A DNA stretch of 63,890 nt, the filler included, from Octopus bimaculoides (Eukaryota): assembly GCF_001194135.2 (NCBI RefSeq). It is 6 parts of 6 records of this genome, joined end to end, with 100 filler letters (N's around TTAATTAATTAA, not from the genome) between each part and the next. Parts side by side here need not be neighbours in the genome. Positions count along the whole stretch, not along the records: positions 1 to 26,121 come from NC_068981.1; 5 more parts are not named here. One strand, given 5' to 3'. Position numbers and translations under genes: made by a program. Positions 13,107-26,040 of this stretch are shown here, piece after piece; the first letter of the stretch is position 1; each line of letters begins with the position of its first letter. Under the pieces are notes generated by a model. The model was not told the origin of the DNA. It made no database searches and worked only from the letters and a program-made list of their open reading frames with translations.

Positions 13107-13504
13107 GGCGCAGGAGCGGCTGTGTGGTAAGTAGCTTGCTTACCAACCACATGGTTCCGGGTTCAGTCCCACTGCGCGGCACCTTGGGCAAGTGTCTTCT
13201 ACTATAGTCTCGGGCCGACCAAAGCCTTGTGAGTGGATTTGGTAGACGAAAACTGAAAGAAGCCCGTCGAATATATGTATATGCATATATATGTATGTTT
13301 GTGTGTCTGTGTTTGTCCCCCCAACTTCGCTTGACAACCGATGCTGGTGTGTTTACGTCCCCGTAACTTAGCGGTTCGTCAAAAGGAGACCGATAGAATA
13401 AGTACTAGGCTTACAAAGAATAAGTCCTGGGGTCGATTTGCTCGACTAAAGGCAGTGCCCCAGCATGGCCGCAGTCAAATGACTGAAACAAGTAAAAGAG
13501 TATA
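13107..13504 (+). mobile_element. tRNA-derived SINE family A, full length, young
   Basis: Pol III A box (CGGCTGTGTGG) and B box (GGTTCAGTCCC), internal TA/TG microsatellite, 3' GAAACAAGTAAAAGAG; nearly identical to 17850-18264. Confidence 0.85.
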
Positions 13505-13774
13505 CATTCTGTAGGATGACAGTGTTCCTGACCATATCTTTCTAAGTAAAGTTTATGATCTTTTTCATCATGTATGCAAGCAGTTTTTTTATTTTTACTT
13601 GTTTGCAATGTAACATATGTCTTCATATCCTTACAATAGTTTGGATAAATACCATTGTTTGGAATATTTAACACTTCACTTGTACTGTAACACACTTCTT
13701 GTTATGCTGTTAACTTTATCAAACTTCTGAATAATGAGCTGACGTGCATTCTGTGATCTAGTTTGTCTCTAAAC

Positions 13775-14025
13775 CTGCGGTTTTTGACTGTGGTCCATAC
13801 GACCCTTGGGGATCCACGTGATTTTGTTGTTAAAATTTACATGCAATAAATTGGTCATGCTTCTACAATACACAAAATATTTTAACGATTTTCTATACAA
13901 TTCCTAGATATTTATTTATCAAAATAGATGATTTTTTTTTTTAACATTGAATAGCTATGAGGGTTCACTTGAGTAAAATAGGGATCAAAGGGCTCCATAG
14001 GTATAAAATGGTTGAGAACCACTGT
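13775..14025. mobile_element. hAT/Charlie-like non-autonomous element
   Basis: 3' end GGTTGAGAACCACTG and degenerate complementary 5' end; related 3' end at about 18275-18374 (GGTTGAGAAACACTG). Confidence 0.45.
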
Positions 14026-14129
14026 TTGTACTTCTTTGGTAGATTAAGTGGCTTACCTTTCCTAGCTTCTGCCCTTTGATGATGATGGGCTCAGGTCATG
14101 GTACTTGACTGACATCAGAACTTCATAGG

Positions 14130-15130
14130 CAGGGAACATCTCTCCTCTCTGGATGTTAATATTCAATGTAAACTTTGTAGCTACATTGCTAAAAGTATCT
14201 ACTCTTCAAGTCCTCTACACTATGAGAACAAGGGCACAATTAACAAATAACATTCCTTTGTCTGGTCTTAGTTTTTTTCCTTTGAGATGCAACATTTTAA
14301 ACAGGTTGGCATCTTGTCTTGTCTGTATGCTTCTACACCTGCAGTTGGGTTGGATGATACTTCCTCAAACTTCATTAATAGAAAGAGTGAAAATAATGTA
14401 GATGCCAGCACACTACTCTCCTTGGTTTTAAGACATAAGCAAAAAAGCTAAATTCAACTGTGTAACTGAATCCTCATGTCAGCATGTAGGGAGTTAATCA
14501 TATGAATGAACTTTTCCAAATATCCAAATCTGTTGAGTACTTGCTGCAGACTCAGCCAGTCTACTGAGCTGAATGTCTTTGTGAAGTCAAAGAAGACCAC
14601 ACACAGTACCTTCTTCCATTCCACACATTTCTTCTAAGTCTGTCAAAGTCAAAATATGTCTGTGGTGTTTCTTTCCCTTCTTAACCACATTGAGTTTCTG
14701 ACAGAACTACTGTTATTTTCTCAATAAGTCTGTTGAGTGAGTAATACTCTTGCAAAGCACTTCTTGATAATAATGTGAAACCCCTTGATAGTCTTGCATT
14801 CATGCCTCTTGCTCTTCTTGAATATGAGGATGATGCTAATATCCTACCAGTCTAGTGTGATGTCACCAGCCTCTCATAATTCCAGTGTCAACTGGTGGAG
14901 ATCTAATTGGTTAGTCTTCTCTATTTTTTCTGCTGGGATCCTGTCAACTCCTGGCAACTTTCTACACAAAAGTGTCCTAGCTACAACCAACACCTCTTCT
15001 ACACTTGGTGGATTATGTTTCAATATATTGGCCATACTGTATGTTATATTTTTCGAGGTTCCCTACTCAGCATACTCTGTTGAATTAAGCATTTGGTAGA
15101 AGTCCTCATCAGCTGAACGGCACCTCTCTT
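14130..15130 (-). mobile_element. Decayed RTE/BovB-like LINE reverse transcriptase (OGFOD3 intron 1)
   Basis: Minus-strand fragments PPSVEEV..RKLPGVDRIPAE, LSETQCG, VVFFDFTKTFSSVDW..LNRFGYLEKFIHMINSLH, MLFVNCALV match RT domains; many stops and frameshifts. Confidence 0.8.
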
Positions 15131-15303
15131 CTACGGTCTGTATACATCTTCTAGTTCAGCATAAAAGCTACACATATCAAAGTCTGCAGCAGTTTGCAGT
15201 TTAATTGCTTTGTTTGTTTCCCACTACTTCAACTCCGCCTAGCAAATATACTCTTGCAGCCTTCTCTGAATTTAGCAGAGCTTGAACGAGTTTGAAGCCT
15301 TAA

Positions 15304-15660
15304 TTAGGGTTTAGGGTAAGGGTAAAGATCCCCTTTGGTCATGAATGATCATGGATTTGCACCTAGAAAGTTACCCTCCAAGGCACAACTCTAGGCAAGA
15401 TTGTTTATGAAAGCCCAGCAGTCGCCCATGCATACCAGCCTCCCCTTTTCATGCCACCAATATTATCCAAGCAAAAGGCAAAGGCTGATACAGCTTGGCA
15501 CCAGTGCTGTCACAATTCATTTCTACAGCTGAGGGAACTGGAGCAATGCAAAATAAAGTGTCTTGTTCAAGAACACAACACACCACCCAGTCTGGGAATC
15601 AAACTTATTACCTTTTGATTGTGAGCCCGACACTCTAACCACTGAGCCATGTGCCTTCAC
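15304..15660 (-). mobile_element. tRNA-headed SINE with (CCTTTA)-like tail
   Basis: Reverse A/B boxes at about 15590-15655; tail TTAGGGTTTAGGGTAAGGGTAAAG at the left end. Related heads at 15810-16085 and 16565-16810. Confidence 0.6.
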
Positions 15661-17849
15661 CAAATTAGGGTTTACTTGTAAATTAAACAGTGACATGTTC
15701 TCTAGACTACCTACATGTTTGCATTTATCATCTAAAGACATGTCCATCATAACATTCAAATTTTAGGATTTCCTTTATTTTTAAAAATAATAGGGCCTTA
15801 AATGAGTTATTGGTTCAGTGGTCTAAGTAAGTAATTAAGTGAAGTTTCCTTCTCGAGTTGTACTGACTCATAAGGGCCCAGTTTCCATGGTGTGTATATT
15901 CCCCCACCTGGATGAGATGCTGGTCCGTCGCAAGATTATTCATTTTTGCCAGCTGAGTGAACTGGAGCAACCTGAGACAAAGTGTTTTGCTCAAGAACAC
16001 AATGCATCGCCCAGTCCAGGAATTGAAACTACAATCTTACGATCACGAATCCAGCACCCTAATCACTAAGCCACATGCCTCACTAGTGCAGTCTGTCAGA
16101 GTTAAATCCCATCTCCACATTGGAATTATGAGTAAGTTAAATAAAATTGTTCAACTAGTGACTAAATCTATGTTGCAGTCTAGGCTCACCAAGATCAACT
16201 AATTATCTGGTCTGTAAAGAAATGCACTTTTCAGGATCTTTGAGACTGTTCAGGAAAAGGAAGAAGTTATTCTCAGATAGGAGAAGTGGTCTAAATGCTT
16301 GCAATAAATGAACTTCCTGAAAGGCACCCATCAATCATGGTGGTGATGACCAAACAATAGACTAAGTCTGCTACCAACAAACAGGAATTGTTCCTTTGAT
16401 GAGTTTCTGCACAGTTTTTGTCTACCAAATTTCATTTACAAGCCTTTGGTTGACTTGAAATTATGCCAGCAGACATTTGTCCAAAGTGTCATGCTGTAGT
16501 AATGAAACTGAAATGATGTAGTGAATGTCTTAACTACTTATATATATAAAAATAATACATAAATGCGCCCTTTTAAAGCCTAGCCAGGCTCATGGGCCCA
16601 GTTTCTCGGTTTCAATGGCATATGTATTCCCCAGTTGGACGGGACGCCAGTCTATCGCAGTGTTACTCACTTTTGCCAGCTAAGTGGAGTGGAGCAACAT
16701 GAAATGAAGTGTTTTGCTCAAGAACACAACGCGTCGCCCGGTCCAGGAATCGAAACCACAATCTTACGATCATGATGCTGACACCCTAACCACTAAGCCA
16801 CGCGCTTCCACTACTTATATATATATATATATCTTCAGTCAATTATATATATGTATGTATGTCCCCAAGTCTCTCACTGCCAGTGACTCTAGGATTGCAG
16901 TGACTTCGGGTCTTGTATATGCAGGCTGCAGTGCATTTGTGAGCTGATCGTGGAGTGCTTGAAATTTTCTAGCGGTAGTGAGTTCTTTCATATGACCAAA
17001 ACATGTCTGCAGCTGTCGGTAAACTGCTGATAATTAATCTCACTTCAGATTGCAGTGTATATTTCTAAATTCGGGGGTTGTCTCCCTTGCTTTTCTTCAG
17101 TGGAAAGATAATTTGTTGTCATCATTATAGGGCTAATTTTAATTAAAATTCCCCGGTTGCTTGGTCCGCTACTTCAAATATGTTAGCGCTCATGCTACTA
17201 TACATAGATGAGCTAAATTATTCAGTGGATTTTAAAACAAGTCTTAATGTTTTTTTTTTATGAGATAAGGGACATTGTTATATATGTCTTGTTATTTTAA
17301 TGGATTTCTATTAAACGCCAGAAATAGGAGAGAGCCGACCTCAATGCCTTATAATGTTTGGTCTTATTTATCACACTTCTGTGTTCAGTGTCCTTTTCCT
17401 AATCCTTTTGTAGTTAATATCATTCATGCTACAGTCGATGCAAGCGACTGCACGACACCCCTTATATATTTGGCCTTGAGCCATAAGAACTGCATTTTTT
17501 TTTTTTTGTGTAGTGAATCTAAAGAGTAAAAAACTGCCCTGTAAAAACTCCGTCACAAGCTTTAACGTGAATCACAAACTCAGGATTGCATGAAGTGGTC
17601 ATCCTATCGTCATTGAGCCAACGCAGAATCAGACGTGAATTCAAGGATTATCTCCCCTTTCGTATACTATTTGGTACTTGTGAACCCCATAAACATTCGC
17701 TGTTTAAAAAATACTTTTATAGAAATTTCTTTCAAAATTGCTAATTTGTTTTTCATGCTTTAACTTGTGTAGGTTGAACTATGTAAAATGTTCGAGAAAG
17801 AAACCTAGCTCTTTCTTGCAATACATATGAATGCTTACATATGAATGTA

Positions 17850-18264
17850 GGCGCAGGAGTGGCTGTGTGGTAAGTAGCTTGCTTACCAACCACATGGTTC
17901 CGGGTTCATACCCATGCGTGGCACCTTGGGCAAGTGTCTTCTATTATAGCCTCGGGCCGACCAAAGCCTTGTGAGTGGATTTGGTAGACGGAAACTGAAA
18001 GAAGCCCGTCGTATATATGTATATATATATATATATGTATGTGTGTATATGTTTGTGTGTCTGTGTTTGTCCCCCCAACATCGCTTGACAACCGATGCTG
18101 GTGTGTTTACGTCCCCGTAACTTAGCGGTTTGGCAAAAGAGACCGATAGAATAAGTACTAGGCTTACAAAGAATAAGTCCTGGGGTCGATTTGCTCAATT
18201 AAAGGCAGTGCTCCAGCATGGCTGCAGTTAAATGACTGAAACAAGTAAATGAGTAAAGAGTATA
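17850..18264 (+). mobile_element. tRNA-derived SINE family A, full length, young
   Basis: Near-identical to 13107-13504. Confidence 0.85.
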
Positions 18265-18419
18265 CATCTAAAGCAGCCTTTTTTCAGGGGCCCTTAAAAT
18301 ACTATTGTGGATAATTTACTGTTTTATTACATGGACCCTCCTAGGCTATATGGATCCCGGTTGAGAAACACTGTCTTAATCGGTCATTGTGATGATTTTT
18401 TCTTCTCAGTATGGATGTA

Positions 18420-18770
18420 ATTGATTGTACCATCACGTTTCCAGTGAAGAACCATGTGTGTGCACTTATCAGCTAGCAGCTTCCAACCTCATGGCTATCC
18501 GCTGCATGTGCTGGTACAGACATGTCTTCTGCCTTCCACCAGATCATCCTACCAGGGCCTTACTCTTGTTCGATGCAGCAGCGGCGGGCTGGATGAGGCC
18601 CCAAGTTAGGCCCCACACCAGACGGATGGATATGATTGGGGAAGATCTCCAGAGGCTCATCTTGAAGGATGTAGAGGGGCAGCAATGAGGAGCACTTGTG
18701 GACCTGCTTGGCTCTATGCACAATGATGCCTCTGGGATCACTAACCTGGAATTAACACGGCTCTACCAAC
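18420..18770 (+). mobile_element. RTE LINE ORF2 C-terminal remnant
   Basis: IRCMCWYRHVFCLPPDHPTRALL...GWMRPQVRPHTRRMDMIGEDL resembles RRLRWFGHV.R....GWxRPRGRPRxRWxDxIxxDL. Confidence 0.7.
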
Positions 18771-19995
18771 TGAGAGCATGAAACAGCAAGCAGCAGCAGA
18801 ATGTCTAGTTCCATGATATTAGTGCCCATGTTGCATGGAGTGTTACTGCCACTCTATGGTCCTACAAGGAACCAAATGTGCATCACAGATTCAGATTTCA
18901 ATGACCAATAATGCCACACAATGACCTTATTATAACTGTAGTTAAATAAAACTAACAGTTGTCATTAATCTCTATTTGATAATAAGGGAAGTTTCCAGTT
19001 TCAGTAGACAAATAGTCAGTGGTCCACTTATAGCCCATTTTCATTTCATTTTCTCTTGTGAAAGGCACAAAAAAAAAAATAATCTTGTTTGCCCCTCTTC
19101 CATAAAACTGAAGAGAACACAGTTGCCACTACCATTGTGTGAGAAAGTTAAATCTTAGATGACCCACTTTGCTCTAACTTGGCTGATTGTGGTTGTTTTG
19201 AGTCTTGTTATTTATTCTGTTCATGTGCAAGAAAGGTATGTCTCTGATTGTTTGCTTTACTTTTCTCTAACTTGGTTAGTTGTAGTTGTTTAAACCCCAG
19301 TCAAACATATCTATGGTCTAAACTAAAGGAGTTTCCTGGTATGACCATCCTGCCATGTTTGTTTTTCAAGTGTAATGTTTCTAAGATCACATTATTCAGA
19401 ATGTTTCTTTTTTTTTTATTTAAGAAAGTGAGGTGTAATTTGAGAGGTTTAGCTGCTATTTCTAGGAGGTTGAGTAACCACAGATTCCATTGCTAGCTGA
19501 AGTTCTATGTACTATAGTGGTGGTATAGCTCAGCACTGTAAATTTGAGAAGTATTTTTTCTGTTGGCTTGCAGGGCTGAATAAAAATCGTTTTGTAAGCT
19601 TGGAAATGTCAAATTGAAACCATTACAGAATAATCTTCTTTTGAATAGCTACCAGCACAGAGACCGGACTGTTGGTTGTATCTCAAAGCACTTTCATGTA
19701 TCTGATTCCTTTGAGTCTGAGCCATAAATTTCTTTAGAATTATTACTTCATTCCATCATTAAGCTCATAGCTAAAATGCATTTATTTATTTATTTTTTAG
19801 TTATTTATAAATTTATTTATTTATTCATATTTATTATAATTTTATTGACAGTGATTTTGAATTTTTTTTGCTGAAGGTGAGAACTGGAGGAGATTGGTTC
19901 TGTATGTTGAGATACAGTTCATACATTCAAGTAACCCTCCCCACTTGTCGATTTCCAAACCTTCCTTAATATATTGATTTCCAAACCTTCCTTAA

Positions 19996-20215
19996 CCCTT
20001 TCGTTACCAACCAGGCTGAAACTGGCTCTGGCTCTGAGTACAAATGTCTTGTTTTTATAAGTTTTGAATTAAAATCTTCCACCAAACCTTAGTCACAATT
20101 TATGTTCCTAACACTAGCTGAATGATAACTAAGTCATTTTACTAAATTCTTTGTTATATTTGAAGTAATTGAAAGAAACACAAAGCATCTCAAAATAAAC
20201 ACAGTAACAAACGGG
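19996..20215. mobile_element. piggyBac-like MITE (220 bp) with TTAA target duplication
   Basis: TTAA|CCCTTTCGTTAC ... GTAACAAACGGG|TTAA. Confidence 0.75.
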
Positions 20216-20479
20216 TTAATATATTGATTTCCAAACCTTCCTTAGTATATTTCTTCCTCTTTATCCACAGATTGATACTTAAAATTTGTTGCATGTATTT
20301 TCATTTCTCACATTGAAGAAGCTACACATTCAGGAAAACTTTCAAGTGACTATTAATAAAATACTAACATAGGCACAAGGCCATAGATTTGAGGGAGGAG
20401 GTTTGTATTAAAATGACTTCAGTACTTCACTGATATTTTATTTTATTTACCCTAGAAGGATGTAAGAGAAATGCAATAC

Positions 20480-21035
20480 CAAGCAGTGGCTTTCATGGCT
20501 TCTAATTTTAACTGATTAGAAATGTTATTATGTACATTGTTTTGTTTTGGTATAAAAGATAGGCTACAGCAAATATTCTGCTCAGTACCACAGATTTGCT
20601 TGTCAGTTGCTTGACCTTAACCAGTTGAGAATGTCCCTTAGTGGCTGATGATATGTGCATCTCTGATCACTAGCTGAAGTAGTGGGGGAGCATCATAACC
20701 ATGTGTTGAGAGGAATTCTTTGGGGTTTGGATAATTCACCTTTGGAAACATGGGTGTTTCATTCAACATCCTTAAACAACCCTTATTCAGGGACCTTTTG
20801 AGCTGGATGGGCTACTCGACCTGAAGAAAATTTTAACTGGGCCCCACCTGCAAGGTCATGCACTATTTATCTTGATATGAGATCACTATGTCTTGCACAT
20901 GTGGTTGTGATGCATGTGCCTGGTGTACCGTTATCAGACGGGTAGCCATGATGGTTATACTGGGCTTCGTACATTTTACCCTGGTGTCACTTTGTTGGCA
21001 TGCACTGCTCTCTCACTCAATAATAATAATAATTA
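20480..21035. mobile_element. Unclassified interspersed repeat abutting (TAA)n
   Basis: GC-richer block ending in AATAATAATAAT. I recall it as a common octopus repeat; class not determinable here. Confidence 0.4.
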
Positions 21036-21927
21036 CAAGAGCACTCAGAGAGCGCAAACTTCTGTCAAGGCAACACCAACATCCTCTCGACGATTAGCCA
21101 GAGATGATTTTTAAAATGAGAATATCTGAAATAAACTTGACTGCTCTCACAAACGAGAATACTAAAAATGAACCTGGCCGCTCTCAAATATTAAATATAA
21201 AAAAATGGGAAAATAATCCAGAATCCTTGTCCAGTACCAGATCGATCCCACAATCTAATCAGTTTGTGCCAGCCACGAGGCCAAACATCTCTGAAAGTTT
21301 CATCTGAATCCATTCAGCAGTTCTTGAGATATCCTGTCCACGGACAAACAATCAAACAAACATGACTGAAAAACAATATCCCCCACCTTTGCTGAGGCAG
21401 AGGTAATAATAATAATCACAATAATAATCCTTTCTACTATAGGCACAAGGCCTAAAATTTTAGGGCAGGGGTCTAATCGATTACATTGACCCCAATGCGT
21501 AACTGGTTCTTAATTTATTGATCCCGTAAAGATGAAGGGCAAAGTTGACCATGATGGAATTTGAACTCCAACCATAGCAACAGGCGAATTACCGCTAAGC
21601 ATTTCATCCGGCGTGCCAAAGATTCTGCCAGCTCACCTCCTTAATAATAATAATAATAAAAATTGATTTCTAATTTTGGCACAGGGCCAGCAATTTCAGG
21701 GAAGGGGTGCAAGTCAATTATGTTAGCCCCAGTGCTCAACTGGTACTTGCTTCAGTGACTCCAAAAGGAAGAAAGGCGAAGTTGACTTTAGTGGAATAAA
21801 TCATAATAAATATTAGACTCTGTGTTCTATTGAGTTCTTTATTCAGTCAGTGTTTGTTTTGTTTGTGTGTATAAAAGCACTAAATTTTTACCTTATTTTT
21901 CTATATTATTTTAAAAACATTTTTCAG

Positions 21928-22118
21928 AACCAACTGGCAGAATGTGATGCTAGCCAAAATTGGTGTTTTGGGGACAGCTTTTTTAGTTTCTGTAGTGGCA
22001 TTGATATTTTCTACCTCAAATGAACAACAGCCAGTTTTTGCTGGTGCTAAAGAAGGCCATGAAAAACTTGTTGCTGAAATACCATGTTCCAAGGATTATG
22101 TTTCTGAACCATTCAAAG
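21928..22118 (+). CDS. OGFOD3: OGFOD3 coding exon 2 (TM helix plus EIPCSKDY motif)
   Basis: ttttcAG acceptor, G|GTGAGT donor (phase 1). Translation TNWQNVMLAKIGVLGTAFLVSVVALIFSTSNEQQPVFAGAKEGHEKLVAEIPCSKDYVSEPFKG resembles, from recall, human OGFOD3 (TM segment then EVPCSEDY...FEG). Confidence 0.93.
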
Positions 22119-22289
22119 GTGAGTTACTTTGACAACAATAATATCAGGGGTTTTTTTTTTACCCCTTCCTTTCTTGTTTATAATTTTATTGCAACTTTCT
22201 ATATACTTCCAAATGTGTGTTAATGTACATATGTAGACCTGTATGTATTGTATTTGTGTAGTGCTGGTGCTATGTAAAAAGCAATGGTG

Positions 22290-23035
22290 ATGGTGCCATG
22301 TGTGGCTATGTGCTAAGAAGTTTGCTTCCCAACCACATGGCTCTGGGTTCAATCCCACTGTGTGGCACCTTGGACAAGTGTCTTCTACTATAGCTTCAGG
22401 CCAAACAAAGCCTTGTGAGTGGATTTGGTAGACGGAAGCTGAAAGAAGCCTGTCATATACATATATATATATATATATATANNNNNNNNNNNNNNNNNNN
22501 NNNNNNNNNNNNNNNNNNNNNNNNNNNNNNNNNNNNNNNNNNNNNNNNNNNNNNNNNNNNNNNNNNNNNNNNNNNNNNNNNNNNNNNNNNNNNNNNNNNN
22601 NNNNNNNNNNNNNNNNNNNNNNNNNNNNNNNNNNNNNNNNNNNNNNNNNNNNNNNNNNNNNNNNNNNNNNNNNNNNNNNNNNNNNNNNNNNNNNNNNNNN
22701 NNNNNNNNNNNNNNNNNNNNNNNNNNNNNNNNNNNNNNNNNNNNNNNNNNNNNNNNNNNNNNNNNNNNNNNNNNNNNNNNNNNNNNNNNNNNNNNNNNNN
22801 NNNNNNNNNNNNNNNNNNNNNNGGGGGGGGGGGTCTGTTTGAGTTTGTCCCTAACTCCACTTGACAACCAATGTTGGTATGTTTACATTCCTGTAACTTA
22901 GCAGTTTGGCAAAGGAGCCCAATAGAATAAATACCAGGCTTAAATAGAAAATATGTACTGGGGTCAATTAGATCGTCTAAAATTTCTCAAGGCAGTGCCC
23001 TAGCATAACCACGGTCTGATGACTGATACAACAGC
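22290..23035 (+). mobile_element. SINE family A copy interrupted by an N gap in its internal microsatellite
   Basis: Head at about 22290-22460 and tail at 22835-23035 are both homologous to 13107-13504. Confidence 0.75.
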
Positions 23036-23509
23036 TAACGACAAGCAAATATTGCAAGCCCAGTACTCAACCTTTACTGTTGTCTTACCATTAAAATACC
23101 TGGATTCTAATGAATCCTGCAACTGAATGTGTGTGTGTGTGTAGTGTCTTTGTGTCTGTGTTTGACTCCCACCACTGATTGACAACTGATTTTAGTGTGT
23201 TTATAACCCCATAACTTAGTGGTTCAGCAAAAAGAGACCAATAGTACCAGTCTTAAAAAAAATGAAATTAAAAAATAATTACTGGGGCCAATTCATTTGA
23301 CTAAGAATTCTTTAAGGCGGTGCCCCAACATGGCTGCTGTCTAATAACTAAAACAATTGAAAGGTAAAAGATAGATTATGTTTCTTTGAAGCATTAATCC
23401 TGTCTTTATAACATACCTACATTAATGTGATGATCATATATTTTCCATTAGCAACGTTAGTGAAGTGAACTTGTTTCTTGGTCTCCATTGCCCACCACTC
23501 ATTCTGGTA

Positions 23510-23955
23510 TCATCATCATCATCGTCCAATGTCTGCTTTCCATGCTGGCATGGGTTGGACAGTTTGACTGAGGACTGGCCAGTCAGGAGGCTGCACCAGG
23601 CTCCAGTCTGATCTGGCAAGGTTTCTACAGCTTGATGTCCTTCCTAACGCCGACCACTCCGAGAGTGTAGTGGGTGCTTGTTACATGCCACCGGCATGAG
23701 AGCCAGACAGGTGGCACTGGCATCAACCATGTTCGGATGGTGCTTTTTATGTGCCACCGGCATGGGAGCCAGTCAGGTGGCACTGACATCAACCACGTTT
23801 GGCTGGTGCTTTTTACGTGCCATCGCCATGGGAGCCAGTTAGGTGGCACTGGCATCAACCACATTTGGCTGGTGCTTTTTATGTGCTACCGGCATGGGAG
23901 CCAGTCAGGCGGCACTGGCATCGACCACATTCAGATGGTGCTTTTTATGTGCCGC
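23510..23955 (-). mobile_element. RTE LINE 3' UTR fragment with four 66-bp tandem units
   Basis: (ATC)n tail at 23510; homologous to 1318-1800; unit CCACCGGCATGGGAGCCAGTCAGGTGGCACTGGCATCAACCAC...GGTGCTTTTTAYGTG x4 over about 23688-23951. Confidence 0.8.
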
Positions 23956-24597
23956 TGGAAGTAGTAACTATTAGATTGTCTGTGGTAAGATGATGAGTTG
24001 GCTGAATCATTAACATGCTGGGCAGAATGCTTAACAGCATTTTGTTTTTCTTTACATTCAGCTTGAATGCCACCAGAGCTGACTTTGCCTTTCATCCTTT
24101 TCGGGGTCAATAAAATAAATACCATTTGAACACTAGCGTCGATGTAATTGACTTACTCCCTCCCCAAAACTGCTGGCCTTGTGCCAAATTTGAAACTAAT
24201 ATTCTTTTCTAATTTTGGGGGAGGGAGTGCCAGTCAGTTAGATCGATCCCAGTACGCAACTGGTATTTAATTTATCGACCTTGAAAGGATGAAAGGTAAA
24301 GTTGACCTTGGCGGAATTTGAACTTAGAATGTAAAGACAGATGAAATGCTGCTAAGCATTTCACCTGGTGTGCTAATGTTTCTGCCGGCTTGCTGGCTTA
24401 AAATTTGAAACTAATATTAAATTCTTTGTGGACTGGTGTTGATATAATTGGTTAAAAATTTGTTTTTTGTCCTATGTTCTGATATTTTTGCTGATTCTCT
24501 GCCTATAAAACATTATGAAAATAATGACATAGTTTTTTATATTTTTTTAAACTGTTGTTTTATTTGTGTTTTAACCATTTATTTCTTCCTCATTCAG

Positions 24598-24673
24598 GCT
24601 GCATTCCATCCCAATGTAAAAGAGTTGTGTTGGACCACATGGTGACTATAGATGAAGCAAAATCTCTATTACG
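24598..24673 (+). CDS. OGFOD3: OGFOD3 coding exon 3; gene truncated downstream by piece end
   Basis: cttcctcattcAG acceptor, CG|GTGAGT donor; 76 nt; G-CIPSQCKRVVLDHMVTIDEAKSLLR aligns with human GCTPRKCGRGVTDVVITREEAERIR. Phase matches exon 2. No catalytic HxD...H exons found before 26121. Confidence 0.93.
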
Positions 24674-24839
24674 GTGAGTTGGTTTCTTTTTATGTTCTTA
24701 AATGGAGAGAGCAATGTGTATAATGTTTGCATAATCTCTTAATTGACAAAATAAGGTAATTGGGAGCAGAAAATTATTCCTAAAAATCATTCTACTTGTG
24801 ATGGAAATGTAGGTCTTGAGCCAGTAATGCTACTTCTCT

Positions 24840-25035
24840 GTCATGATCCAGCTTGCTAGAAATAGCAACCAAATCTCCCTCAATCCATGCCTTATCTTAA
24901 AAACTGAAAGACACATTGGATAATGTAGTCCTATTTATGCTGTGCTTGAGAAAATGAAGCAGTTATGGTTGGAATGTATTTTGATCAGAGATATGCTTGT
25001 TCAGAAGCTGACCTAGGGGTAAACCACAACAGCAT
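24840..25035 (+). mobile_element. SINE-like family C (GAAATAGCAACCAAATCTCCCTC...GACCTAGGGGTAAAC)
   Basis: Related copies at about 12330-12640, 19290-19500(-), 29340-29520(-), 30270-30620(-, two tandem), 31260-31450(-) and 35160-35290. Confidence 0.6.
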
Positions 25036-25376
25036 GTTACAGATGTTATGAATGGGTACAAATGTTTGGGCATTGGCAATTTGGCATGGCTGACTGGTCA
25101 TTGAGCCTGTTTTGGAAACAGGACTTTTAAGCTCAAGAGGCAAACACACTCACATACACACATGTATGCAGAAATATACACATACAATTAGCAAAATGGA
25201 GAGAGAGAGACTACAATTTATTAATTGAACACAACTGACATACATACTTTCCCCCTCCTCATACAGATAAAGAGAAATATGCTTACATAGGAAAAGAGAG
25301 AAACATCAAAGCATCTGATATCAAATAAGTCAGTATTAGATCAGCAATACACAACAGGTGGAGCCTCAATCACTAC

Positions 25377-25605
25377 TTAACCTTTAAGCGTTCAGAATTA
25401 CTCTGTCAGATGTAATGCTTATTTATTCGTGTTGCTTTGAATTGATCATACATTATCTAATACCTTTGAGATGTTGATATAGTTATTGTTTATTTTTAAA
25501 ACGACATTGTAGAGTAGCTGTGAGAGGCCAGATCAGGCTGGTTTGAAGATAAAACAGATAGAATATTTTGACCAGATATGGTTGGTTTAAATGCTGAAGA
25601 GTCAA
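25377..25605. mobile_element. TTAA-flanked MITE (same family as 6485-6715)
   Basis: TTAACCTTTAAGCGTTCAG ... AAATGCTGAAGAGTCAA. Confidence 0.6.
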
Positions 25606-25993
25606 AATCTAATCCTAACCTTATCTCACGGAAATCCAAAGTTTATCTGTCATGGATTTGCATATGGACGGTAGATTAGTGTTTATAGTAGGATATGAAG
25701 AATAAGATAAACATCAAATAGGTAATTATATGTTCTTTCATTGCCATTAAGTCTCAATCTGTTCCATTCTGCTGTGCACTGAAGATCAAATAAATCATTT
25801 GTTGATGCATTTTGCATGAAAAATTGAAAAGGAAAACCAGCGTGGCTGTGTGGTAAGAAGCTTGTTTCCCAACTACATGGTTCTGGATTCAGCCCCATTG
25901 CATGGCACCCTGGGCAAGTGTCTTCTATTATAGTCTGGGACAGATCAAAGTCTTGTGAATGGATTTGATAGACAGAAACTGAAAGAAGCCCAT

Positions 25994-26040
<47 letters not shown>

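Noticed and set aside
13107-13185. tRNA-like A/B boxes
   Set aside because: No complete cloverleaf; followed by SINE body and repeated many times, so a SINE head and not a tRNA gene.
15304-15325. TTAGGG-like telomeric motif
   Set aside because: Only about three degenerate units forming a SINE tail.
16860-17050. About 60-codon open minus frame (CFGHMKELTTARKFQALHDQLTNALQPAY...)
   Set aside because: No recognisable family or convincing splice sites; probably a repeat remnant.
20890-21030. Possible ribozyme at the end of the unclassified repeat (CTGATAA and CGAAG on the minus strand)
   Set aside because: Core nucleotides and stem topology do not fit hammerhead or HDV consensus by eye.
23674-23964. 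96-aa ORF with 22-aa repeats (CHRHGSQSGGT...)
   Set aside because: By-product of the 66-bp unit being a multiple of 3, on the antisense strand of an RTE 3' UTR.
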